From positions 1,949 through 65,948 of the forward strand of contig SSEV01000036.1 in the NCBI GenBank assembly GCA_008015095.1: a stretch of DNA of 64,000 bases, written 5' to 3'. The notes beneath the pieces were generated by a model. It worked only from the letters and a program-made list of their open reading frames with translations. It made no database searches and had not been told where the DNA came from. This document shows, piece after piece, positions 38,195 through 47,694 of the stretch (position 1 is the first letter of the stretch; every line of letters begins with the position of its first letter). The DNA is from Lysobacteraceae bacterium (GTDB taxonomy: Bacteria; Pseudomonadota; Gammaproteobacteria; Xanthomonadales; Xanthomonadaceae). The position numbers and the translations under genes were made by a program.

Positions 38195-38989
38195 TCAAGA
38201 TCGGGCGTGTTTGCGCACCAGCGACAGTTGTGGGCGCAGACTGCGGTCGACCAAACCGGGCCATGCGCCGTTGACGCGGGCGAAGAGTTTCTCCGGCCAA
38301 CCGATCTGCAGGCGTCGGCGCCCTTGTGCGATGGCCTCGACCAGCTGCGCGGCGACGTCGGCGGGATCGTCCTGCGCGACTTTGAGCTCGCGGTTGAGCG
38401 CATCGACTGCAGAGGTGTTGAATCCGGTCCGCGTGGCGCGCGGCGATAGGAACTGGAAGCGCAGGCCGGTGTCGGCGTACTCGCGCGCCAGACCTTCGAT
38501 CAGGCCGCGCAAACCGAATTTGGTCGCGCTATAGGCGGCGAAGCCGGGAAAGGCCAGGCTGCCGAAGGTCGAACCGATCGCGACCACAGCCGCCTGTTCG
38601 TGGCGTTTGAGCATGGGCAGCATGCCGTGGATCAGACCGAGCGGCGCAGTGAGATTGGTTTCGATCAGCGCGCGCAGCTGCGCGTCGGATTGTTCTTCGA
38701 ACAGACCGAACGCGCTCTGCGCATGCGCGAGAATCAGCACGGAGGGCGTTGGCCTCAGGGCGGCGGCTTCGGCGATGACGCGGTCGCGGTCGCGGTCGCT
38801 GCCCAGATCGGCCGCCAGAGGCAGTAACTGGCCTTCCGGATATTTGCGCGCGAGCGCAGCCAACCGCGCTTCGTCGCGGCCGATCGCGACCACCCGCGCC
38901 TGCGCCGCGATCAATGCGTCGCACAAAGCCGCGCCGATGCCGCCGCTGGCGCCGGTCAGTATGACGGTCCTGCCGGCCAGCGCGATCAT
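38195..38989 (-). CDS. Short-chain dehydrogenase/reductase
   Basis: TGASGGIG, GSTFG, YSATK. Confidence 0.9.
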   Translation of the reverse strand: MIALAGRTVILTGASGGIGAALCDALIAAQARVVAIGRDEARLAALARKYPEGQLLPLAADLGSDRDRDRVIAEAAALRPTPSVLILAHAQSAFGLFEEQSDAQLRALIETNLTAPLGLIHGMLPMLKRHEQAAVVAIGSTFGSLAFPGFAAYSATKFGLRGLIEGLAREYADTGLRFQFLSPRATRTGFNTSAVDALNRELKVAQDDPADVAAQLVEAIAQGRRRLQIGWPEKLFARVNGAWPGLVDRSLRPQLSLVRKHARS

Positions 38990-39660
38990 GCCGCCTCCCG
39001 CAGGGCGTCGCGATCCTCGCGCAGCCCGCGGAAGACGTCGCCGTAGAGTTTGTAGAAGCGCTTCGCTGCGTGCACGACCGCGCGGCGGTCGTCCTCGTCG
39101 TCGAGACGATTCATCAATCGCTCGTAGAAGCCGGTGTGCTCGATGTCCAGATCGCCGTGCGAGCGCAGATAGCTGAAAGCGCTGCGCGGCAAGCCCAGCG
39201 AGGCCTCGATTGTTTCGGCCGCGCGCGTGGCCAGGGCCACGCTGGTGCCTTCCAGCACCAGGACCATGCCGAAAAAACCGACCGGGTTGCCGCGGGCAAT
39301 AGTGTCGTACGCATATGCGACCATCAGTTCGGTGGCTTCGCCCGCTTGGGACGCTTCGGCCGCATCGCGGTCCGAGCCGCATGCGGCGATGTCGTCGAGG
39401 ATCCATTCGTGATGGCCCATTTCCTCTTCGATGTATTCGCCGATCGCCGATCGCAACCATTCCAGCCGCGCGGGCAGGCGAGCGCCGCAGGCCATCAGCA
39501 GCGGGACGGTGTGGCGGACATGGTGGAAGGCCTGGGCCAGGAACGCGACGTAGTCCTGCAGCGAGATCCGACCGTCCAACGCCTGTTGGATGATCGGGAT
39601 CGCGATCAGCGCGTCGCGTTCGCGCCGGGTCTCGGCGAGCAGGCGCTCGTGGAACGTCAT
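38986..39660 (-). CDS. TenA/PqqC-like iron-containing redox enzyme (HDO)
   Basis: AFHHVRHTVPLL, EEEMGHHEW, VLEG, SHGDLDIEH. Confidence 0.85.
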   Translation of the reverse strand: MTFHERLLAETRRERDALIAIPIIQQALDGRISLQDYVAFLAQAFHHVRHTVPLLMACGARLPARLEWLRSAIGEYIEEEMGHHEWILDDIAACGSDRDAAEASQAGEATELMVAYAYDTIARGNPVGFFGMVLVLEGTSVALATRAAETIEASLGLPRSAFSYLRSHGDLDIEHTGFYERLMNRLDDEDDRRAVVHAAKRFYKLYGDVFRGLREDRDALREAA

Positions 39661-41165
39661 GCGATGACTCCTTCGATCGTGGGAATGTCGGCGTTGCGGT
39701 AACAGGCGTCGCTCGCCGCGCGGTAACGCGCGGCGATCGCATCGCGCTTTGGCCGGCCATTGGCGGTGAGCAGACCGTCGGCGGCGCGGAACGGCGCATC
39801 GGCGCGCACCGCGTCGCGCACTTGCGCGTATGCGGGCAGGTCGCGATTGATCGCGGCCAATGCCTCACGCAATGCGTCGCGTGTGATCGTTTCGCGGCGC
39901 GGCCAGATCACCGCGACGTTGAACGGTCGCGCTTCGCCGAACACGACGGCCTGGGCGATGGCCGGGTGCTGCAGCAATTCGCTCTCCACCCATTCCGGAG
40001 AGAGGTTGCGTCCGTACGAGGTGATGATCAGGTGCTTGCGTCGGCCGGTGACATAGACGAATCCATCCGCGTCGATGTGGCCCAGATCGCCGGTCGCGAT
40101 TGGGCCGGAAGGCATGGCGGTTTCGCCGAGATAGCCCAGACTGCGTGCGCCGTCGACCCAGAGTTCGCCGTCGACGACCGACACCTTCGCGTGCGGCAAT
40201 GGACGGCCCACGCTGCCGAGACGTATCGCATCCGGTCGGTTGAGGCAGACGACCGATCCGCATTCGCTCAGGCCGTAGCCTTCGTACACCGGTATCCCCA
40301 GTGCTTGCGCGCGCGCGAGCAGGGCGGTTCCGACCCGGCCGCCGCCGACCGCGAGAAAACGCAGCGAGTCCGGCCATGGCGCCCCTTGCTCGACGGCCAT
40401 GACCAGGGCCAGCAGCAACTGCGGCAGCACAATCGCGCTTTCCGGGCGGTAGCGCTGCAGACATGCGAGTAGGCGATGGGCATCGAGCCCGGCATCGCCG
40501 CGATAACCGATCTCAGCGAGCGTCGGCACCGCGATTTCGGCGCCGCTCATCAATGCCGCATAGACCCCGGCGATGTTCTCCAGCAGCGTCGACAACGGCA
40601 TCAGACAGAGATGACGGCGTGGCGCGAGCGAACCGGGCGCAACGGCCAGCGACCGCGCCACGGTATACAGGGCGGAGACATCCAGACACACGCCCTTGGG
40701 CGCGCCGGTCGTGCCCGAGGTATACGAGATGCATGCAGTTCCCGCCGGCAAAGGGCTTTCCGAGCCTGCGAGACGCAAAGCGCATAAGCCATCGTCCAAC
40801 AGGATCGCCGGTGACGGCTCCGATGCGGTTACGCCTTCCGGCAGCGGAGCGCCGGAAGGCTGGACCAACAGGTCCGCGCCGCTATCGCGCAATGCGTGCG
40901 CGATTTGCTGCGGGGCGAAGAAGGTGGGCAAAGGCACGTGCACCGCGTCTAGGGCACGGATCGCCAGATCCAGCACCAGCCATTCGGGGCCGTTGTCGAG
41001 CCGGCTGGCGATGCGTCGCGCGCCGCTCGCTGCGAGGGTTTCGGCGCACGCGCGCACGCGTGCGCCGAGCGCCGCATCGCTGAGATCGCCGCCGCCCCAC
41101 ACGACCCGCGTCGAGTCGCCTTGCAGCCCTGCGATCAACTGTTCGAAGTCATTCACGGCGCTCAC
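39657..41165 (-). CDS. AMP-binding enzyme (long-chain acyl-CoA synthetase-like)
   Basis: YTSGTTGAPKG, YEGYGLSE, TGDLG, GRRK. Confidence 0.9.
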   Translation of the reverse strand: MSAVNDFEQLIAGLQGDSTRVVWGGGDLSDAALGARVRACAETLAASGARRIASRLDNGPEWLVLDLAIRALDAVHVPLPTFFAPQQIAHALRDSGADLLVQPSGAPLPEGVTASEPSPAILLDDGLCALRLAGSESPLPAGTACISYTSGTTGAPKGVCLDVSALYTVARSLAVAPGSLAPRRHLCLMPLSTLLENIAGVYAALMSGAEIAVPTLAEIGYRGDAGLDAHRLLACLQRYRPESAIVLPQLLLALVMAVEQGAPWPDSLRFLAVGGGRVGTALLARAQALGIPVYEGYGLSECGSVVCLNRPDAIRLGSVGRPLPHAKVSVVDGELWVDGARSLGYLGETAMPSGPIATGDLGHIDADGFVYVTGRRKHLIITSYGRNLSPEWVESELLQHPAIAQAVVFGEARPFNVAVIWPRRETITRDALREALAAINRDLPAYAQVRDAVRADAPFRAADGLLTANGRPKRDAIAARYRAASDACYRNADIPTIEGVIA

Positions 41166-41827
41166 GATCCCACCGCACGACAGTGCGTCAGGGGCGGTCG
41201 TGCATCGCTCTGTGCGGTCCGTCCCGTGCGCAGCAGATAAGCCTGACCTGCCGCGATGTCGCCGAACATCAATTTCGGTTGGGTGTCGTAATAACGGCCC
41301 CAGTCGTTATCGTCGCCGGACAGTCTCGACACCCGCGCATCGGCCAGTTCGACCGTGGCCAAGTGCAATCGATCGAACGCGTTGCGTAATTGCCGGGTCG
41401 CCGCGAACAGCACCCAACGCAATCCGACCGCATGCAGGCGATGGGTCAGCTCCAGAATCAGCGCGCGCGAATCGCCGGCCGACAGCGCGCCGAAATTGCC
41501 GACTTCGACCAAGGTGTCGCGCGAGACGTCGTGGCCAACGGCCGTTGCGATGGCGCGCTCGGCCGGCGTGTCGAGATACTGCTCGACGAACAATCGGCCT
41601 TCGCCACCGCAGCGCAGTCCCACCGCCGCTTGCAACCCGCCGCCGGCGTTGCGGAAGGCCAGCAACTGCGGCAGGAAGTGGCGCAACTCGGCGCCGTAGC
41701 GTGCACGGTAGACGTGGGCGATGAAGGCTTCGGTTTCGGCGCGATGTGGGTCGCCCGGGCCGATCAGACGGGCTTCGGCGAAATCGCGTGAAGCGGGCGT
41801 GGAGGACGCGAATGCGGAGATGGCCAT
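41162..41827 (-). CDS. 'Thermostable hemolysin' family (GNAT-like) protein
   Basis: LFVEQYLD, LVEVGN, ATRQLRN, WGRYY..P motifs; first gene of the operon. Confidence 0.8.
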   Translation of the reverse strand: MAISAFASSTPASRDFAEARLIGPGDPHRAETEAFIAHVYRARYGAELRHFLPQLLAFRNAGGGLQAAVGLRCGGEGRLFVEQYLDTPAERAIATAVGHDVSRDTLVEVGNFGALSAGDSRALILELTHRLHAVGLRWVLFAATRQLRNAFDRLHLATVELADARVSRLSGDDNDWGRYYDTQPKLMFGDIAAGQAYLLRTGRTAQSDARPPLTHCRAVGS

Positions 41828-41852
41828 GGCCGAGGATCGTCTCCGCCATGAA

Positions 41853-41890
41853 TTAAGCGACGATTAGACGATTGTTAGGCCGATGTAAGA
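41853..41890. promoter_or_regulatory. Phased TTA(A/G)G-like repeats, candidate QseB/PmrA-type box
   Basis: TTAAG 41853, TTAGA 41864, TTAGG 41875, GTAAG 41885 (10-11 bp period) just upstream of the operon. Confidence 0.45.
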
Positions 41891-42304
41891 GAAGGATTCA
41901 GAAATTGATGACGGGTGCGCGTGACGCGCAAATTCGGAACGGTTATGGCGTGCCCTTAACGAAGGTCTGAACAACGCCATCCGGGCGCGATTCAGCGGTC
42001 GCAGACTCGGGCCAAGCCTGCGTCTGCTCCCACGGGATCCCTTCCATGGTGCGCGGAACCTCTGAGGTGTTCAGCGAGGCCTTAACGCGATTTTTCGCTG
42101 AAATCGTGACGTCCATTGCGATTGGTCGAGAATCGTTCGCGAATGCGCAAGAACGAAACGATGCGTGCCGCGGATACGCGATCTGTACGGGAACTTTCTC
42201 GCATGCTTCAAAAACCGCCCTGGCCGGCCGCATATGCGGTTGCCATTCGCCAAGTTCCGCGCAGCGAAAGCGCATGGGCAGGCAGTGCCGTTATGATCCT
42301 GCGC

Positions 42305-43147
42305 ATGCGTTCCGACCATTGCCATCCAACCGAAAATCCGGCTCCGGCGTCGTCCATGCTGATCGGCCCGCAGGATCCGCCTGTCTACACCGCCATCGCA
42401 GGCGCCTCGACGCGGACTGTGCTGCTGTGCGACCACGCTTCGGCTGTGGTGCCGGAGGCGCTGTCTCGGCTGGGGCTGCCGGATCACGAGTTCGAGCGGC
42501 ATATCGCGATCGACCTGCATGCCGCCGAGGTCACCCGCAGGCTCGCCGCACATCTGCAAGCGCCCGCCTTCCTGCATGGGTATTCGCGCTTGGTGATCGA
42601 CGCCAATCGCTCCTTCGACGATCCGACCTTGTGCCCCGAGATAAGCGATGGCAGCGTGGTGCCGGGCAATGTCGGCCTTGCCGCCGTCGAGCGGGCGCAG
42701 CGTTGGCGGAAGATCCATCAACCTTATCACCGCGCGATCGCCGATTGGTTGCGGCCGCGTCTGGATGCGGGCGAAAGTCCTGCCTTGATTTCGATCCACA
42801 GTTTCGCGCAGGAACTCGGCGGCCAAGCGCGCAGGTGGCCGATTGCGGTGTTGTGGAACCGGGACGGCCGCATGGCATTGCCGTTCATGCGCGCATTGCG
42901 CGAGTCCGATGGCCTGGACGTGGGCGACAACGAGCCGTATTCCGGGCGAGTGGGGTTCGGCTACACCATCGCCACGCATGCCGAGAGGCGGGGCTTGCCG
43001 CACCTGTTGATCGAACTGCGGCAGGATGTGATCGCAGGCGAAGCGCAGAGCGAACACTGGGCCGCGCTGATCGCGCGTCGATTGGCTCCGTTGCTGGACG
43101 ATCCGATGTTGTATCGTCGTTTCGAACCATGCGCGGTCGACTGTTGA
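42305..43147 (+). CDS. N-formylglutamate amidohydrolase family protein
   Basis: LCDHAS, HIAIDL, YSRLVIDANR, PYH, SIHSF, GDNEPYSG, IELRQD; start uncertain (42305 or 42356). Confidence 0.88.
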   Translation: MRSDHCHPTENPAPASSMLIGPQDPPVYTAIAGASTRTVLLCDHASAVVPEALSRLGLPDHEFERHIAIDLHAAEVTRRLAAHLQAPAFLHGYSRLVIDANRSFDDPTLCPEISDGSVVPGNVGLAAVERAQRWRKIHQPYHRAIADWLRPRLDAGESPALISIHSFAQELGGQARRWPIAVLWNRDGRMALPFMRALRESDGLDVGDNEPYSGRVGFGYTIATHAERRGLPHLLIELRQDVIAGEAQSEHWAALIARRLAPLLDDPMLYRRFEPCAVDC

Positions 43148-43168
43148 GGGCCGTCAGGGGAGGGTCGG

Positions 43169-44731
43169 ATGGATCGAAACATGCCAACGCCGGGCTCCGC
43201 GCAAGAGCGCGAACGTTTTCTCGCCCTGCAGCTGCGGCTGGAGCCGATGTTCCGCGAGGTCTACGCCGATCCGCTTGCCGAGCGCACGGTCGTGGTCATT
43301 CCCGGTCTCAGTCTGGACCAGGACACTTTGGCGCATATCGCCGGAGTGTCGCATTACGAAGAGCGCCAGCTCAGCATGCTGATGTTGTTGCGCCTGCCGC
43401 GCACACGTGTGGTGTACGTGACCAGCACGCCGGTCGATCCGGTGATTATCGACTACTACCTCAGCCTGCTCGGTGGTGTGCCTGCAGGCCATGCGCGACG
43501 GCGGCTCACGCTGCTGTCCGCCTACGATGCGGGGCCGCGGTCGTTGACCTCGAAGATTCTGGCGCGGCCGCGGTTGCAGCAGCGTATCCGCGAAGCGATC
43601 GCCGACCCCGCCACCGCGCATCTGAGTTGTTTCAATGCGACCGCGGACGAAGTCACGCTCGCGGTGCATCTGGGCATCCCTTTGTACGCCTGCGATCCGG
43701 CTCTGGCCTGGCTCGGCACCAAGAGCGGCAGCAGGCACGCTTTCCGCGAGGCTGGCGTGGCCATGCCCGACGGCGTGGAAAATCTGCGCGATCTGACCGC
43801 ATTACACGACGCGCTGGCGGCTCTGAAGCGACGCAATCCGGCCTTGCGTAGCGCTGTGGTCAAATTCGATGAGGGCTTTTCCGGCGAAGGCAATGCGGTT
43901 TTTGATTACGGCGACGTCACTGCGGCGGAGGTCACGTCGGAATGGATCGCATCGCAGTTGTCGCGGCGGCTGGCGCCGGAAGCCGCCGCGCTGGATGCGA
44001 CGCGTTATCTCGCCAAGTTCGCCGAAATGGGAGGCGTGGCCGAAGCGTGGCTCGACGGCGAGGACAAACGCTCGCCTTCGGTGCAGATCCGCATCAGCGC
44101 GACCGGCGCCTTGGAGATCATCTCCACGCATGATCAATTGTTGGGCGGGCATAGTGGACAGGTTTTCCTCGGCAGCACCTTCCCGGCCGACGCGTTATAC
44201 CGAAAATCCTTGCAGGATGCGGGCGAACGCATCGGCGATGTCCTGCGCCGCCGCGGCGTACTGGGACGCTTCAGTATCGATTTCATCACCGTGCGCGAGG
44301 GCGACGCCTGGACGCACTACGCGATCGAGATCAATCTGCGCAAAGGCGGCACGACCTTGCCGTTCCAGATGCTGCAGTACCTCACCGACGGCCGCTACGA
44401 CCCCGAACGTTGCGAATTCCTCACGCCTACCGGTCAGCGCCGCGTCTATCGCGCCACCGACAATCTGTGCCGGCCGGAGTATCGCAGACTCACCCCCGAT
44501 GATCTGGTCGATCTGATCGTCGAACATCGCCTGCATTTCGATCCCACCCGACAACAGGGCGCAGTGTTCAATCTGATCGGCGCGCTCAGCGAATTCGGCA
44601 AGCTCAGTCTGGTCAGCATCGCCGACACCCATGATCAGGCCGACGAACTCTACCGTCGCACCGTCGCGGTCATCGATCGCGCAGTAGGCATCGTTCCGAC
44701 ATGCGCATCCGGCGCTGTGGACGAACAATGA
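43169..44731 (+). CDS. PGM1-related ATP-grasp peptide ligase
   Basis: HYEER..LL, VYVTS.P, IIDYYL pre-grasp region; KSGSR, EGFSGEGNA, SPSVQ, EINLRKGGTT. Confidence 0.8.
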   Translation: MDRNMPTPGSAQERERFLALQLRLEPMFREVYADPLAERTVVVIPGLSLDQDTLAHIAGVSHYEERQLSMLMLLRLPRTRVVYVTSTPVDPVIIDYYLSLLGGVPAGHARRRLTLLSAYDAGPRSLTSKILARPRLQQRIREAIADPATAHLSCFNATADEVTLAVHLGIPLYACDPALAWLGTKSGSRHAFREAGVAMPDGVENLRDLTALHDALAALKRRNPALRSAVVKFDEGFSGEGNAVFDYGDVTAAEVTSEWIASQLSRRLAPEAAALDATRYLAKFAEMGGVAEAWLDGEDKRSPSVQIRISATGALEIISTHDQLLGGHSGQVFLGSTFPADALYRKSLQDAGERIGDVLRRRGVLGRFSIDFITVREGDAWTHYAIEINLRKGGTTLPFQMLQYLTDGRYDPERCEFLTPTGQRRVYRATDNLCRPEYRRLTPDDLVDLIVEHRLHFDPTRQQGAVFNLIGALSEFGKLSLVSIADTHDQADELYRRTVAVIDRAVGIVPTCASGAVDEQ

Positions 44732-44786
44732 CGCTTTGGGGCGGACGCCGTGCACGCGCGGTGCGCGGCCATCGACGCTGTCCGTG

Positions 44787-45095
44787 CTAGGGATGCAGAT
44801 GCACCGCCAACCATAAAGCGCCCGATGAGGTTTCCACAACGCGATGCGGGGTCAAGGCCGGCAGGAACAGGGAATCGCCGGCTTTCAGCTCGACGCGCGC
44901 GCCGGAAACCTCCAGCGTCGCCGCGCCTCGCAACAGCGCGACCCATTCGTCCTGCGGTTGCACGTATTCGGTCGCGTCCGGCATGGCCGAGCTGAGAATC
45001 CGTTCGACCTGCAGTTTGCGGTGGTCCAGCAAGGTGTCGAAGCGTTCGCCCTCAGCGGGCGGATCGGCATTCTCGAACAGGTTTCCGGTGCGCAT
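44787..45095 (-). CDS. Cupin domain protein
   Basis: ERILS, Y.Q..DEWV.LL.G, LKAGD..F.PA..PHRV. Confidence 0.8.
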   Translation of the reverse strand: MRTGNLFENADPPAEGERFDTLLDHRKLQVERILSSAMPDATEYVQPQDEWVALLRGAATLEVSGARVELKAGDSLFLPALTPHRVVETSSGALWLAVHLHP

Positions 45096-45200
45096 GAAGC
45101 TCTCTTGCAGACGGGTGGCGAGCGGATTGTCTCAAGTTCTGCGTATGGTCGTTTCTTGAGAGACCCTCTTCGCGTCATGCCATCCGCGTTTGGCTGCCGA

Positions 45201-45974
45201 TCACCTCGCCGTATAACCGCCGTCGATCGCCAGCTCCGCGCCGGTCACGAACTTGGCTTCCTCGGAGGCGAGATAGACCACGCCCCAGGCGATGTCGTCG
45301 GGATCGCCCATGTGTCCGAGCGGATGCAACAGTCCGATCTCGCGGCGGGCGGCATCCAGATCGGTAGCGCCGCTGTCGCGGAGATGATGTTCGACCATCG
45401 GCGTCCAGATGTAGCCGGGATGGATCGAATTCACCCGAATCCGATCCGGCGCGTAGATCAACGCGTCGGTCTTGCTCATCAGCCGCACCGCGCCCTTGGA
45501 TGCGTGATAGGGCGGTACGTCGGCGCCGCCGACCAAGCCGTAGATCGACGACAGATTGATGATGCTGCCGTGACCGGCGCGGCGCATATGCGCGATAACG
45601 TGCTTGGTGCAGAAGAATACGCCTTTGACGTTCACCGCCTGCACCCGGTCCCACTCGGCCTCGGTGATCTCGTGGGTAGGTTTGTTGATGCCGGCGATGC
45701 CGGCATTGTTGACCAGCACGTGGACGCCGCCGAAATAGCCCGCGGCCTGGTCGATCGCATTGCGCACGCCGGCCTCGTCGGCGACGTCGACGCGCCAATA
45801 GCGCGCATCGTTGCCACGTTCGCGCAAGGCGGCGGCCAGGGCTTCTCCTTCGGAATCCAGCACGTCGAACAGCGCGATGCGGCCGCCTTCCTCCGCCAGT
45901 CGCTGCGCACAGGCGCGACCGATGCCGAGCGCGGCGCCGGTGACGATGCAGACTTTGTTGTCGATTCGTTTCAT
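45201..45974 (-). CDS. SDR-family oxidoreductase
   Basis: TGAALGIG, NNAG, YHASK, IRVNSIHPG, DGG; GGAGG RBS. Confidence 0.93.
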   Translation of the reverse strand: MKRIDNKVCIVTGAALGIGRACAQRLAEEGGRIALFDVLDSEGEALAAALRERGNDARYWRVDVADEAGVRNAIDQAAGYFGGVHVLVNNAGIAGINKPTHEITEAEWDRVQAVNVKGVFFCTKHVIAHMRRAGHGSIINLSSIYGLVGGADVPPYHASKGAVRLMSKTDALIYAPDRIRVNSIHPGYIWTPMVEHHLRDSGATDLDAARREIGLLHPLGHMGDPDDIAWGVVYLASEEAKFVTGAELAIDGGYTAR

Positions 45975-46054
45975 GGCGGCCTCCTGCGTCGAGTGTGGCG
46001 AGATCCGAAGATCCGGTGGGAGCAACAGTACACCCCGATTGCGGTGGATGCGCA

Positions 46055-46068
46055 TTGATCTGAGGCAA
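46055..46068. promoter_or_regulatory. FNR-like box upstream of the SDR
   Basis: TTGAT-CTGA-GGCAA. Confidence 0.5.
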
Positions 46069-46593
46069 AGCTCGATTCCGTGCGCGGCATCGGGCGATGG
46101 TGCGCAATCGCAGCATTCGATAAACGCACGCAACGAGCATGATTCATAGTCATGCGCTCCCGGCGGCGCATAGGCGCGTCTGCCGGGAGCCGCCCCATAA
46201 GAGGCTGTTTATGCTCTTTTCGGAAGTGCGAATGCCCCTGCGCGCATGGCAGGCAAGATGCGCAACGCCGCGTGCGCAGGAGCATTCCCTCCGGGTTGGC
46301 CCATCCAGGCGGACGGACTTTGTTATGAATCCTCGCTGGGCCACCAGCCCGGCTGCGGTTCGCGTCGCGGCCGCCCGCCTGGACCGGCCAGCGAATCTTT
46401 CGAAAAGAGCATAAACGGGTTTTAAGCACCGGTCAGAATGGCCCCATACGCGACCGCGGGCACGGACGGTTGCGCTGAAGTCGATGCCACGACCTATCTT
46501 CACGTGTTTGCGACCATAGCAATCATGCCGGAGCGCGCACAGGGATTCGCGCATCAGTCCGTGAACGTGCAGCATCGCATCGAGATCCGGTGC

Positions 46594-46607
46594 TTGATTC
46601 AAATCAA
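46594..46607. promoter_or_regulatory. Consensus FNR/Anr box upstream of usp
   Basis: TTGAT-TCAA-ATCAA. Confidence 0.8.
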
Positions 46608-46697
46608 AGCCCGTTGCGCATGATGGATCTAAAATGCCTTACCGGAAAGCCTCATCGCGACATCTTATCGAAGCGGCACGACTGGCGAGGTGACATC

Positions 46698-47540
46698 ATG
46701 TTCAAAGACATTCTGGTTCCTTGGATCGACGACGACAGCGAGGCCGCGCCGCTCGACGCCGCGGTGGCGTTGGCCAAAGAATGCGAAGCGCATGTGGCGA
46801 TGCTGGTGGTGGTGGATGTGCCGGCGCCGATGCCCAGCGACTGGGGCGCGATGGCCTACGATCTGTACGCGCGCCTGCACGAGGAAGCGCGCGCCCGCGC
46901 GCAGAAGAAAGCCGAAGACCTGCGCGCGCGATTCGTCAATCTGGATGCGCCGTTCGAAGTGCGGATGGCCGAAGCGCTTTCGTTGTATCCGTCGAATACG
47001 ATCGCGATGCATGCCCGGTATGCCGATCTGACCGTGCTTTCCAGCGTTCCGCAGGGAAGCGCCGAAGCCGGGTTGCGCCATGACGCTTTCCACGCCGCAT
47101 TGCTGCAATCCGGACAGCCGGTGCTGGTGATGCCGCCGAAAGCCACGTTGGCGCTGACCCCGAAGAAAGCAGTGATCGCCTGGAAACCGACCCGTGAGTC
47201 CAGCCGGGCGGTTCGCGACGCCATGCCCTTTCTGCATGCGGCAGATAGCGTCGATGTGCTGGTGATCGACCCGAAGGTCGGCGAGGCCGCGCACGGCGGA
47301 GAACCTGGCGCCGATCTGGCTACGCATCTGGCCAGGCATGGTTTGGACGTCGAAGTGGTGGTGCGACCGAGCATGAACTTCTCGGTGGCCTACGCGTTGT
47401 TGGATTACGCGCGGCAGGTCGGCGCCGATCTGATCGTGGCCGGAGGCTATGGCCGTTCGCGGTTGCGCGAGGCCATGCTCGGCGGCGTCACGCGCGAGTT
47501 GCTGCAGACCACGCATCTGCCCGTGCTGTTCGCGCACTGA
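46698..47540 (+). CDS. Universal stress protein (tandem USP)
   Basis: FKDILV, ARYADL, ADLIVAGGYGRSRLRE..LGGVT. Confidence 0.9.
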   Translation: MFKDILVPWIDDDSEAAPLDAAVALAKECEAHVAMLVVVDVPAPMPSDWGAMAYDLYARLHEEARARAQKKAEDLRARFVNLDAPFEVRMAEALSLYPSNTIAMHARYADLTVLSSVPQGSAEAGLRHDAFHAALLQSGQPVLVMPPKATLALTPKKAVIAWKPTRESSRAVRDAMPFLHAADSVDVLVIDPKVGEAAHGGEPGADLATHLARHGLDVEVVVRPSMNFSVAYALLDYARQVGADLIVAGGYGRSRLREAMLGGVTRELLQTTHLPVLFAH

Positions 47541-47694
47541 TCTGCGCCACAGTACCGGCGCAATCGAAGCGGTGAGACCGGATCGGCTCGGTCGCGTTGC
47601 GGGGGCGTGCGGATCCGCATCCTCGGCCTGCATCTGACCAACGCGGAGTTGTCCGGTTACTCTGTCGCAACTGGTGTTCGCCTCCGTCGCCCGC

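Noticed and set aside
41943-42116. 57-aa minus-strand ORF (MDVTISAK...KGTP) as precursor for the PGM1-like ligase
   Set aside because: No clear RBS or leader motif and opposite orientation; cannot be supported
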